Source of the DNA: Octopus vulgaris
Lineage: Eukaryota
Assembly (NCBI GenBank): GCA_951406725.2
Contig: OX597820.1
Span: forward strand, 64,790,001 to 64,854,000
Length of the DNA stretch: 64,000 nucleotides
Reading direction: 5' to 3'
Below are positions 26,713-39,179 of this stretch, piece after piece (within the stretch, counting starts at the first letter, position 1; each line of letters starts with the position of its first letter). Below the pieces are notes generated by a model. The model searched no databases and had not been told where the DNA came from. It worked only from the letters and a program-made list of their open reading frames with translations. The translations under genes and the position numbers were made by a program.

Positions 26713-27486
26713 ACACGCGGACACATTTTCGGTTTTAGTTAATGATTCACCCTGTGGTCAGGCGCTTTACTTCAAAACTAAGTAACATTGGCACAAGGCC
26801 ACGACTCTCTTACTAAGATCTAGTCGATTATACCTGCCAATGACTTTGTTTTTCTAACGTGAAAGGATGAAAGATGAAGAGTTCGGCACGATTTGAACTT
26901 TTGACAAGATGCACCAAAATACTACGAGGTATTCAGTAAGACTCTCTAAGGATTCTGCAATCCATAACACTTGTTAAGTAATTGCAGCTTTCTATTTTGA
27001 ATATAAAAGTGGTTCTGACTTCGGTGCAGTAACTTTTATAATGGGAAGCTACTGTTTATCTAGGACTTCCCGGCAAAAGTTATCCGTTCGACCTTTAGAG
27101 TTGTACATTATGCGATTTGCATTTGAAATGTCTGCGAGTTGTATGCTATTCGTCGAAATTTGCTATGATAGTATTATTGCTTTCATTCTCAATCGTCTAC
27201 ATCTGTAGAGTATTCTACAAAAATTGAAACACTTGTTGTTGGTGTTATTCTTTTTTTTAGAGGTGAATTAAGATCACTTCTATTGGGGAGAGAGTACACC
27301 AGAAAAAAGTCCACAGAAAATTAAGAGATATTTAAATGGACTTGTAGAGCAAATTAGTGATGAATATATATACAAACACAACCCTACACCTTCACTAGAC
27401 TGTATTGCTATTGAAAGTACACATATTAATCGCCAAATATAATATATCAATTAAAAACAAACCAGCTGCACACAATAGTACAAATA

Positions 27487-27700
27487 ATCCTTTCTACTAT
27501 CGGCACAAGGCCTGCAATCATGGGGAAGGGTGCGCCTTGGTTATATCGACCCCAATGAATAACTAGTACTTATTTCATCGATCCTGAAAGGATGAATGAC
27601 ATAGCTGACCTCGACGGAATTTGAACACAGTACGTGAGGAAGAACGAAAGGCCGCTAAGTATTTGCATTGCATGCTAACGATTCTGACAGCTAACTGCTT
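27487..27700 (-). mobile_element. SINE family A, near full length
   Basis: tcctttctactatcggcacaaggcctg..atcgacccc..tcgatcctgaaaggatgaa..gacctcgacggaatttgaac..gctaacgattctgacagct. Confidence 0.85.
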
Positions 27701-27712
27701 AAAGTGTGGTTT

Positions 27713-27830
27713 GCTTACAGTTCCTAGGCTTCCCAAGTGGTCACCCATCTAAATACTTACTAAGCTAGACGTTGCTTAACTTTGGTGATCGGATGAGAAA
27801 CAGTGTATTCAACGTGAAACGGCCATAAGC
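27713..27830 (-). pseudogene. 5S rRNA-derived pseudogene (full length, diverged)
   Basis: Minus strand GCTTATGGCCGTTTCACGTTGAATACACTGTTTCTCATCCGATCACCAAAGTTAAGCAACGTCTAGCTTAGTAAGTATTTAGATGGGTGACCACTTGGGAAGCCTAGGAACTGTAAGC is colinear with metazoan 5S (box A AGTTAAGC, box C GATGGGTGACC). Many CpG-type transitions and no T-run terminator. Confidence 0.9.
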
Positions 27831-27889
27831 GACGTTTTATTATTTGTACACATCTCTTAAAAGGGAACGCAATTTTCGTCCAACCAAAC

Positions 27890-28120
27890 CATAAGTAAAC
27901 ACTAGAAATATATTACAAAAACAATACGGTTAAAACTTCACCTTTAACAACACATCTCATGCATACAGACTCTAAAAGAATCTAAAAAGGACTGATATAA
28001 TGTATAATTTGGTTAGTAAAAGTAAGTTGCAAACTTCAAGTTTCAACTCTTACATTGGTCAGACAAGTACAACCCTCACTCACAGACTAACCATGCATTT
28101 AAAACAAGAAACACATCCAA
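27890..28120 (+). mobile_element. Penelope-like GIY-YIG endonuclease fragment
   Basis: TDIMYNL....SYIGQTSTTLTHRLTMHLKQ matches the PLE pattern TNVVY....YIG.T.TTL.RRLTMHL. Confidence 0.75.
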
Positions 28121-28749
28121 TGCATTCCACCACACTTCCTAAAACAGCTTGGAAAACTGTTGTATTGGAATATATGTGTGTGTATGTGTGCATGTGTGCG
28201 TGCGTGTCTGTGTGTGGCTGTGTCATAATTCTTTTTTATTAAATATGTTCATATATCCGAGATCCGAGCCTCAGGCACTTATTTTTTGTGAGGAAGAATA
28301 ATACCATACTTCAAGTTTAAGTGATTTTGGCTTCGGTCATCTCATTTTTACAATGAGTAGCTTATGAATATGTACCAGTGAACGTGTTGTGCTTCATCAG
28401 ATTTTAATTAGTAAGGTGTGTAGTTTGTATGTTAATCGTAGCATTGTTTCTATAACCACTGCTCTATTATCTATGGAGTATTGTATGAAGTATGGAAATA
28501 TTTTCTGTCAGTGTTTTTGATATGACGTACAACTCATCATACTGTTATATCTGAACTAGTATAATATCAAACGTCTCTTATTACTTTCCATCTGTGTGTT
28601 GCGTATATGTACACCCCAATAATTAGCTAAGTGAACTATACTAGTTAGTTTAAATGAGCATGTGCAGAACAGTCTGGGAAGAGTGTCAAAAGCGCAGCCA
28701 TATTGTACAGGTCGTAGGAATTATTGAATAGAAATATCGTGGAGTTCTA

Positions 28750-28751
<2 letters not shown>

Positions 28752-28848
<97 letters not shown>

Positions 28849-28855
28849 TGTGTGT
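28752..28855. repeat. (TA)n(TG)n microsatellite
   Basis: Read directly. Confidence 0.97.
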
Positions 28856-29359
28856 ACGGGGAGAGAGAAGGTGAGAAATTAGAAGGATAGAAATGAAGGA
28901 AGTTGTACAAAATATTCTGATCTATATAACCTCGTTTTTAATGAGAATCAAAACTGGATTCTTTCACAAACAAAGCTGAACACTTGTACGCCTTAAAAAC
29001 CTTTTTTAGGTTTACAGTCATTAAAACGTATTACTCTGAAATTTCTAAAGTGATCATCTAAGATACATAGTAGAAGGCATATATGATAAAGAAATACATT
29101 TGTGTGTGTATGTGTGCGTGTGTGTGTGTGTGCGTATGTGTGCATACATATAGATATATTTTTACACGTTAACATTTATGCCTAAGGGATTTTCAGGTGC
29201 AATCTCAATTACATTGCAACCATCCGTGTTACTGCTCTGCAATCATCTTATTGTATCCCTTTGTAATAACAAAGGATTTACTTTATATATAAGTATGTAT
29301 GTATGTACGTACGTATGTATGTATGCATGTATGTGTATATATATGTATGTATATATGTA

Positions 29360-29660
29360 AAGACTGACCATAAGATTGCGCCTAGGACGTTCCCTTCCAA
29401 GGCACAAATCCGAGTAAGGTTGTATATGGAAGACCAACATATCAACTCTGCCTCTCCACGCCACTGATGCTATCCAGAGAAAAGGCAAAGGCCAACATAG
29501 CTTAGTAGTTGTGACTTCGTATCTCATTTTCACAGCTGAGTGAACTGGAGCAACGTGAAATGAAGTGTCTTGCTTAAGAACACAACGCACATCCAGAAAT
29601 CGAAATCACTACCCATGTTTGAGAGCTCGACGATCTAACCACTGAAATATGCGACTTCAC
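29360..29660 (-). mobile_element. SINE family C
   Basis: cagctgagtgaactggagcaacgtgaaatgaagtgtcttgcttaagaacacaacgca..aatcgaaa..ctaaccactga is the reverse complement of the 7734-7870 body. Confidence 0.8.
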
Positions 29661-30542
29661 TATGATCCCTATGCTCTACGCAGTGTGTATGTTTGTATGT
29701 GTGTGTACGCGCACACACATGTTTATAAACGCTGATACATACCCTCATACATATGGATGTATAAACTTGCATACCGAAAAATGCATTGCATTCAGCAGCA
29801 AACCGCAAGGGGAAAATGATAGTCTCTTAGCTATCTTAATCGAAAACCTTGAGGGCCTTTTTCTAACCTCCTTAAATTGGAATATATCGAAGTTTTAAAA
29901 CCACCTGTATCGATGGAAAAAACCTCTAATGCAGTAACTTACAAATTCAGATTCACAGCCTAAAGAACGTATGCCTGTCTGTGTGTTTGTGTGTGTGTAT
30001 GTTTGTGTGCTAATCCAGTACTCTAATGTATATGACTAATAACATAAACGCACTATGGTGTTTTAAAAGTCACATGTCTTTATACGATACGGTTTGATAA
30101 TTTAAAATCTATACAATATTTATATTTATGAGCTGTTCCAATGAAATAATATCATACCAACAGAGATTTAACAACACATCTATTTTACATCTGACTGAAA
30201 ATTTCCGACTATCTCTACCGTATGTAATGCATCTATCCACATATAAACAAAAGAATATGTATATAATTCGTTTGTTTCAATATAAATGTAGGATACGAAA
30301 TTGCCTGCGTGAAAACCGACAATTCAGCGCACAAAACTTACTATCAGCAACTTAAATCTGATAACTCTCAACTTGCTTCTCTCGTAATTTGTCATTGATT
30401 TTAGATTTTCTCCCATTTGTAATGCGAATATAACTCTAATTCTCTTTCTTTGTCTGTCTGTTTCTCTTTCTGTCTCTCTCTCGTTATGTATATATATATT
30501 CATACAAACAATACCATATATATATATATATATATACATATA

Positions 30543-30545
30543 TAG

Positions 30546-30610
<65 letters not shown>

Positions 30611-30649
30611 GATAGATAGATAGGTAGATTGATAGATGGATATATCGAC

Positions 30650-30703
<54 letters not shown>

Positions 30704-30713
30704 ATAGATCGAC

Positions 30714-30808
<95 letters not shown>
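30543..30808. repeat. (GATA)n microsatellite
   Basis: Read directly. Confidence 0.98.
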
Positions 30809-30809
<1 letters not shown>

Positions 30810-30852
30810 GTGTGTGAGCAGAAGGTTGAAAAGGAACACACGAGTTGATATG

Positions 30853-31432
30853 TATAGGGAAAATAAGACAAGGTAAAAAATGCTAAAATAATTTTATCAT
30901 GAAGAACATTTTAGTACTGGTTTCCGTCATTGCGATTTTTTTCAACTTAGAGTAAAACATGAAAAACAATTAAATTATGGAACAATTTAATTAATTTTTT
31001 TTATATCTCCATAGTTTTCAAATGCAAGGGACATTTTCCTCTTCCTGCCTGTCTCTGTCTCTCGTTTTTACTCTTGTCCTAGGTAGCATGTAGTAGCAGT
31101 CGTAATATTTGATATGAGTTCTTGGTTTTGATTGTTTAAACAGAAGTAGTGGTTGAAGAGGGAAGCGGCAGCGGCGGGGTTGGAGGAGGAGGGGGGGAGA
31201 AGAAGAAGAGGAAGAAGGAGAAGAAGAAGAAGAAGAAGAAGAAGAAGAAGAAGAAGAAGAAGAAGAAGAAGAAGAAGAAGAAGAAGAAGAAGAAGAAGAA
31301 GAAGAAGACAACCATGGAAATATTTCATTTAGTTTTTCCACAATTTAATTGCTTTTCATGAAACCAGTGCTAAAAATGTTCTTCCCGATGTAATTATTTC
31401 AGCATTTTCTACCTTATCTTATTTTCCTATAT
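30853..31432. repeat. Inverted repeat pair (30853-31015 and 31311-31432) flanking a spacer with (GAA)n at 31197-31308
   Basis: ggaaaataagacaaggtaaaaaatgctaaaataatt..gaagaacattttagtactggtttc is the reverse complement of gaaaccagtgctaaaaatgttcttc..aattatttcagcattttctaccttatcttattttcc. Confidence 0.8.
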
Positions 31433-31451
31433 ATATATATATATATACATG

Positions 31452-31648
31452 TATGAGATCGGATCACTGAGTATCCGGACTGTTGCCATGGTAACGAAGT
31501 GAAACCGCTGGGCACAGATGAAGCATGAACACTGCTGTGTAATTGCACTAGGATTTAACGTTCTAGTTCACTTCTGCTTTTTACAACAGTGCTTGGAAGG
31601 AACGTGTGTAGCGTGTGATCATCCCATTAACCATGACAAATAAAGTTG
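31452..31648 (+). mobile_element. 5' end of a mariner-like DNA transposon, truncated just after the putative start codon
   Basis: TA followed by the TIR-like gagatcggatcactgagtatccggac, a leader, then atgacaaataaagttg. Recognised from memory as a mariner leader; unverified. Confidence 0.45.
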
Positions 31649-32520
31649 TCATGGCGACACCTGCTCGTTATTATTATAGTAAATATAATACGTATTTCTC
31701 TATGGGTAATGGGTGCCATATTTATCACGTGAGTTTTCAGTATAAATGCTAAATTAAACTTTTTTCGCCGGCAGATAATCATGTTTTTTTAAATTTATTC
31801 TAAACAATATTGATATACGTCTTTTATTAACTTTATACACTAACACGTATTTCCATTTATTTACATTCTCCATAATGAATTAAACATGTTCAGATTAATA
31901 CTCTATTTGAATTTTTTTATTCGTAACTTTTAATGCTATTAATGTCTTTAACTTAGGGATTACATTACAGGTTTTGTTTCTTATATATATATATATATTT
32001 TTATTCCTTATTATTTTCCAATAATTATTTTATTATCATATATTCCTTATCATAGTATGAGCTAAGTTAAAATTTTAGTATTTAGGTTTTTTAGGAATTT
32101 GGTCTCAGGAGTGACTGCTTTTAGGAGTAAAATCATTTTCCCGTTCTAATGAACTTGGATATGGTTTCTTATATGATTTTGTATAGTCTCAATTCAGCCA
32201 CGAAACGCGTGTAGTAAATGTACAAGCACTTACTTTTATACATTGTATTATTGTATTAATTTTTATTGTTCAATTTATACTTTATTTGATTTTAGATTAA
32301 TATTTTTATGATGAATGTTTATTTACATGGTATTCGCTGTTATTTTTAAAAAGTATTTGCTTTTATATATTATATGACTGTAATAATCTTACTGTTCAAT
32401 ATTTTATATTATTAAAATTTTAGATTAGTATGTTGTATGGTATATGTCTTACAGCATGGTTTTTTGGACGGGTTCTTCATTGACTGATTTGTGGAATGTT
32501 GGTTCGTCTATAAATTAGTT
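31649..32520 (-). mobile_element. Decayed Penelope-like ORF, C-terminal half
   Basis: Minus-strand remnants appear in the expected order: RHIPYNI, VSWLN..Y (WFNPPY-like), LN.K.L.L, Y.PAKK..L...E, and terminal SRCRH (SKCRH-like). Confidence 0.5.
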
Positions 32521-32968
32521 ATATATATATATATATATATATACACTTATACATATATATATTTATATATATACATATATATATATGTATTTATATATAT
32601 ATATTTATGTTTGAGTGTTAATGCGTTTGTGTGAATAAGAGAGAGAGGGAGAGAAAGTGTGTGTGTGTGCGCTCGTGTATGTGTTTGTTTTCATGTGGAA
32701 TTTGAATGTGCGTATGTATGGATTCAAAATTTCTGGAAACCAGAATTTGAAAACTGAATAAAGATAGTTTTTGTTTTCTTTTATACGACGCTTCTCTTCT
32801 TTGCTGCTTAGAGGTTCTTGCTCTCAACCGCTCCTCGGAAGAAATTGTTTGAAAAATTTTATTTAATATATTATGAAGCATTATATTTCTTAAACATTTC
32901 AGGAATTCCAGAAACGAGTGAATGATAAACCAGACATTTTCTAATAAACACACACACACACACACACC

Positions 32969-33026
<58 letters not shown>

Positions 33027-33713
33027 GGTTTGCAGATAAAGTACATATATTATATATTACGAGAAATAAGGTACTCAGAAATCTGGACAGTTTTATGTTT
33101 ACAGATATTATTAATATGTCACATGTTTTATAAATCATATTTATCATATATTAGCGCTTGCGTCCACTCTAGTGGAGTCGTGAGATTGAACGTTTACAGG
33201 AATTTTGTCTCTTTTTATAGTATTATTAGGTGTGTAGGGGTGAAGAAAGATATACGTTAGTACTAGAGGGGGAGGAATAGGGAGAAATTGTGATCCTTAA
33301 AACCTCAGACACCATGATCGTTCCCCTCATTACTAAGTAAGTGCCTCTTGTTTTTTATCTATTTTTTCGGTTCTGTACCTGTATAAAAATGAGAATTTTT
33401 AATGGTTATGCATGAGGAGATTGGAATGTATGAAAACATTATTTATGTTCTAAAGTTGTTGTATACAACGTTTCCTGCTGTTTGACAGAGGTATATAATG
33501 AGACGAATCGGTTAGTTCTCTCACGAAGTATGAAGGTGGGTAATGTAAATACATTTACCAGAAGCTACTATCTCAAACTTCAATGAATTCTATGTATAAA
33601 TTTCTGTTCAGAGCAAGTTTGAAAATGGTAATATTTTAGATATAACATTACGCTTAGATGCTATTAATTTTTCATCTCATCATAAACCTGCTGATAGGTT
33701 CCGTCTATATGCA

Positions 33714-33835
33714 TACGAAGAGCGTAGGTCCGAAACGTAAAAGACTTTCTCACTTCCCGAGCGTTAAATTTATATATCTGCTTGTTGTTTACACACCCGT
33801 CTTCGTCTTTTGTTTTTTGTAAATTCTCACTATAT
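33714..33835 (+). mobile_element. Penelope-like terminal-repeat fragment
   Basis: gaagagcgtaggtccgaaacgtaaaagac (hammerhead-like 3' half) followed by a T-rich tail and (TA)n. Confidence 0.45.
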
Positions 33836-33862
33836 ACATATACAAATACATAAATACATAGA

Positions 33863-33903
<41 letters not shown>

Positions 33904-33949
33904 TATCTAATAATCATTCATGATATTTCCTCGCAGTTTCCTCTCCAAT

Positions 33950-34760
33950 ATTAGCAGAAATATATTTATCTTCCGATACAGATGCTTTTACAAAAATTTC
34001 ATATATAACAATATCACGTTTCTTTATTAAATGATTTAATCGTAGCAGGTTTTTCTATAGAATACAATAAATATAACAGCCCTAAAGCTTACAAACGTAG
34101 AAATAGAAACAGGAAAATTTAGTGATATTATCAAACCTTCAATGTTCGATGCTGGAATGAATGACGACAGAGTTTCATAAGAAAGTCCCAGTTCATTTTT
34201 AAGAAGTCATAGGTATTAAAAGGTCATTTGTAGAAATTTTGTTAAATTCTGTTTTTCCTGTTGCCAAAATATCACCACTTCATTAATATAACAAATAAAA
34301 ATTTCTTGTGATAGAAGAGCCAAAAATAGGAGTAATTTCTGGAAAAATCGTACCAACTCAGATTATTCAGATCTGTCTCGCCATTTGGTATATCGTGACA
34401 ATAGGTAATATATTTAAGATATGCTTTTATTTGCACATCCAACCGCCGGTGTTCAACCGAATCAATAGATATGCTACTGGATTTTCGGAACATATTTGGG
34501 GGTTTAGGCAAAGTAAAGACAGTACTTTAAATATAAAATGATTTATGTTTGTCGTTATATGTTTTTAAAGCACGATATCGCTAGGAAGAAAGTGAATTGT
34601 CGTCTCTGTTTAATGTAGAATTGGATACTACATCCTGAGTAATCTTTGCATAAATTGGAAAATTTCTTGCGTAGTATTCATAAAGTAGACCAGCTGTAGA
34701 AATATTTCCGATGTAAAGATTCATACTCGACAATTCCATCTCTGTTTCCTGTTTACCTAT
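33950..34760 (-). pseudogene. Possible decayed leucine-rich-repeat protein gene
   Basis: Minus-strand frames joined across frameshifts give TIHFLPSD, DIPNGETDLNNLSWYDFSRN, KNRI/NKISTNDL and NELGLSYETLSSFIPASNIEGLIISLKF, approximating LxxLxLxxNxLxxLP. Confidence 0.4.
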
Positions 34761-36079
34761 TTGTTTTCTGTTTAGCCATTCCTTCTATGTCGCGTTGCAG
34801 GTAGTTTTTCATTATACTACAGTCACTTATAAAGGAAAAGCTAATTTAAAACGGGTTCCAAGAATAGGAGATATTATTCGTAGTGACGCATTCCGCTACC
34901 TTTTCTCATTCAAGCATTCTGTCAATTTGTCTTTCTTTTGCTTTTTGTTTCCTTCTTTCTTTCATTCATTCTTTCTACCATTCCTTCGTTCTTTCGTTCT
35001 TGCATATATATTCAAATATCTGAGCTTGAATGATTCGTGAATTGTCGCAGATACATTTAGTTAATATGATTGAATTGTACTGTTATTTCTATTTACTTTT
35101 TTTTTTCATGTTTATATATAAGCACAGCAATATTCTTATTTTCTATTTCTTTATACATAATAAAATATCTTATTTATCTGAATTTGTCTATAAAAGTATG
35201 TCCATTCGAATGATTTCTTTATTACTCATTGCTTTCAGAATATTCTTTTTTAAATGTATTATTACTCTTTCATTGTTCAGACTGGGTTTAGCAATGGGAA
35301 ATGTAAATCTCGGCTTTACGATATGTAAAATTACATTTCGAGAGATATATGTTTTAATAAACAATTTTTATCAGGAACTATTGCCTCTTTACATCTATTA
35401 TTTCACCGAAGTCTTTGCATTGTACTTTTTAGACACGTACACACGTTCTTGTAAATCAATATGACGAGCTAAATGTTATCACGATAAACAATTATTTTAT
35501 TAAAATTATCTTGAAAGTGAAAGAAGAAAAACGGAAAATAAAACTAGCGGAAACGGTTAGAATCATTGAAGCGTATAGGGAGATAATTTCAAAAGTTAAA
35601 TAAAATTACATTTTCATTAATATTTCAGGAAATAACGACGATTTTAACTTTGTATCTACGGAGAGACATCTAAATGTCTTTCAACATTGATTTGAACTCA
35701 TTAAACACAGTAGTTATTTCTTTACTCTCCAACGATAAATTCTAAACAATTTCGCCTTCAAAAATATTTAGCAAATCCGTGACTTAGTGCAACTTGCAAA
35801 CTTGAGATTTAAAAAGAAGAAAAAAACATAGTGGAAAGAATTCAAAAAGGTCAGTGGTATTTGTTTCTGTTAAAAAAATGAATGTGGTGTGAAGAGAAAT
35901 CCCAAATAACAGATAGATTCTTTCTTTATTTCAATTGTATGTAAGCAAAAATAATTTCACAAAAATATCAATAGCGTATACTATTTATGAAAATTTAACT
36001 ATGTATAGCTACCTGTGTACTTGCCTCTTCCTATGTATTTTTGTTTTTTATGAGGTTGAAACACCAGAAACTAGTACAT

Positions 36080-36178
36080 ACATAAATATATACATGCACA
36101 TATATATATATACATGCATACATATATATGTATATGTATACATACATATACATATACGCATATATATATACATACATA

Positions 36179-36215
<37 letters not shown>

Positions 36216-36240
36216 GCATATATCTATATGTATATATATG

Positions 36241-36279
<39 letters not shown>

Positions 36280-36310
36280 GGATGTGTATATATGTATGTA
36301 TGTATATATA
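36080..36310. repeat. (TA)n/(TACA)n microsatellite
   Basis: Read directly. Confidence 0.95.
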
Positions 36311-36714
36311 GACGTTCTATAGTCATACTTACTCACAGTTTTTTTCTTCTGGAAGCCCTTGCCCGAAACTATTCCCAAATGTATATCAATGTGTTTGAAT
36401 CTGAGATTTTCTTTGACTGCTATTTGCTGTGATAATTCCCATAAGATTCTGTTTTTAATTTATAGTAAAAGTTTGTTTCCCTAGAAACTAAAGTTTTGTT
36501 TTATACCTATTAGGATCAAATATTTGATATATAGTTGAGAAAGATTATTATCATTTATCCTAATGAATATATATTGCTGGAAATAATAGATAGGTGATAT
36601 GGGATTCGGAGGTCAGTGGGGAGTCTAAATTTCGATCTAACAAAATGACAAACGTACTTTAATTACGACTAATGATTCAGTACAAATACATGCATTTATA
36701 TGTATGTATATATA

Positions 36715-36750
<36 letters not shown>

Positions 36751-36987
36751 TGTATGTATGTATGTATACATCCAAATGAAGGGATATCAAATATATGACA
36801 GGTTTCATTGAAAGTAACTCAATCACGCTCTAGAGAAGTAGAATAAAGATAGATTTAATAAATAATCTGTTATATGGTATTTTATATACCTGTACGTAGG
36901 TCCCAGAGTTATATCTCATAACTCTTATTTGTTTAAATCATAGTGTGTGTGTGTACGTGTACGTGTGTTTATATGTTTATGCCTTTA

Positions 36988-37037
<50 letters not shown>

Positions 37038-37327
37038 CCAGCTGAATACCTGGCAATAAATGGTCGGAAATTGTTTTTATTGAAGATATTTTAGTTTAAA
37101 ACATCTCTTGCTTTATTTTTGAAAAGAATTCCTTTGGTGCAAGAAGTTAAAAATTTCTCTCATAGATATGTTGCACTTCTTGACTAATTAATGTTATGTG
37201 CTATATATATCAGTTCACAATATCCTTCACTACTGATTTATAGATTATATATCTAATTTAAGCATATAAATGAGAGCACATGATGCTGTAAGTGCTTTTA
37301 TGTATATATATATATATATACATATAT

Positions 37328-37420
37328 TTCATTATTCTTTTACTTGTTTCAGTGATTTGAATGCAGCCATGCTGGGGCATTGCCTTTAGACGAACAAATC
37401 GACCCCAGGACTTATTCTTA
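37328..37420 (-). mobile_element. SINE family B 3' fragment
   Basis: cttttacttgtttcagtgatttga..gcagccatgctggggca..cgaacaaatcgaccccaggacttattct. Confidence 0.8.
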
Positions 37421-37439
37421 TACGTCTAAGAAGATTGAG

Positions 37440-37850
37440 GCAATACATATGATAACCAGTGCAATGTTCGTCAAGGAATATTTCTTTACTTAAGATTGAG
37501 TGCTCAACACTCTCGACTCATTGACGCAGTGGATTCTGGGACACCGGTGTTTCAACGTGTTGTGCTTCATCAACCAAAATTACCCCGAACCGTTTAGCCT
37601 CGCAAAGTTGCTGGGCTGCATTCATACTATCAGCGAACAAAATGTTTGCTGATCGCTACTTATCGGCATAAAATATTTGTTTGCACCGTATATAAGGAGA
37701 CACAATCATGTCGAGACATCCGTGTTCCAGAATCTTCTATCCTAATGTGTCGAGTTATCGTCGATCCTACAATCGTTATAAAAAGTAAAGACATGTATCA
37801 CTTGTCTTCTACAAAGAGCACATGCCATTTTGATTCATTTTTCTGATGTT
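37440..37850 (-). mobile_element. Decayed RTE-type RT fragment
   Basis: Minus strand ILFAD..MQ..NF.EAKRFG resembles LLFADD..MQ..F..A...FGL. Confidence 0.45.
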
Positions 37851-38396
37851 TTTTTTTTTAGCCAATCTAGCTATAATCGGTCCGAATAACACTTAGTGAA
37901 TGTATATTCGATTTAAACAGACACTCGGATTGTCTTGAATTTATTTTCAACGTAACAAGTGAAATTATTTTCTATAACATTGAGGAAGGCCTACAATGTA
38001 ATGCACTGTGTTATAGCAATGTTCTCATATATTGATATATGTACACATTTTTTATATATACAGGCCTATTACTCATTTTTTTAGGAGTGGATAGCGACAG
38101 CAATACACACCAGGCATTCCATACCTCGCGTGGCGTAAGAGGCGACTAAAAGGGGTGGCAATAGGTGGAGTGAGAATCCTCTCCTTCTAGTAAATCCATA
38201 TTCCTAAAAAGACAGGAAAAATGAATATGTACACATATTTTTTTTTAATTCCATCGTGGAAATGATTTATATATTTTTCATGTTCATTGAAGAAGCAGAC
38301 ACGATCAAGTAAATATGGAATAGGTTCTATTTCATTTGAAACAATTGCTCAACATTAAATAATATCTTTTATTCTTAATATTATTTCGTTCTTTAA

Positions 38397-38610
38397 GGCG
38401 ACGAGATGAGATGGCAGAATCTTTAGCACGCCGGGCATAATGCTTAGCGGCATTTCGTCCGTCTTTACGTAGTTAGTTCAAATTCCGCATAGTCAATATT
38501 GCATTTCACCCCTTCGGCTCGATAAAAGTGGTACCAGTTTATACTGGAGTCGGTTTAATCGACGTATCAACTCTTCCCAAATTCCTGGCATTGTAACAAA
38601 AATTGAAACC
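38397..38610 (+). mobile_element. SINE family A, full length
   Basis: ggcgacgag..tggcagaatctttagcacgccggg..atgcttagcggcatttcgtccgtctttacgt..agttcaaattccgc..tcgataaa..gtaccagtt. Confidence 0.85.
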
Positions 38611-38614
38611 TATA

Positions 38615-38840
38615 GTATTTTTTACTTGAAATAACATGAGAATTGAAAAGAAAAGTGAGCGTCGGAAGGTAAATAACCCAGTGAAAAATTGTCTTATGAT
38701 TTGTGGAAACAGGAATGTCTGCAATATATTCAGAGATAAAAACATTAAGAAATGCAAAGAACCCGAACATTCCCTTGCTTGCAACTCACCATACATTCTT
38801 GTTTAGCTGCAAGCTACCCTTCCGTCTACAAAATATCGGA
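38615..38840 (+). mobile_element. Possible Penelope-like RT C-terminal remnant
   Basis: ETGM....EIKTLRNAKNPNIPLLATH resembles the PLE linker I..LR.......IPFV.THNP. Confidence 0.3.
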
Positions 38841-39179
38841 ATAACAGAGGCCTCCTACTTTGGGGCACCGTACAAAAAATTATGTCAAAAGGTAAGTATG
38901 ATTTCTTCAAATGCAGTCCAACAATTGTCATTATTTGCCCCTGAAATATATTGACTTGTATGACAATGAAAACTGAAATCTCTTAAAGTGATTGAGCAGT
39001 TTTATTGGGATAAGTGGACCCCCGAATATTATTGCATAAACTTCTTATCAATTACTTCTGAAGTATTTTCTACCAGCATACTTTACTGACATAAAGTTAC
39101 CTTTATTTTTATCTATGGTAACTATGTCGGTTACTATGTCAGTAAACCTCAGATTCCAAGCAAGCTTAACATATGACAA

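Noticed and set aside
32195-32215. cgaaacgcgt, resembling a hammerhead 3' half
   Set aside because: There is no upstream core, and the opposite strand encodes the WLN..Y motif of the PLE ORF remnant.
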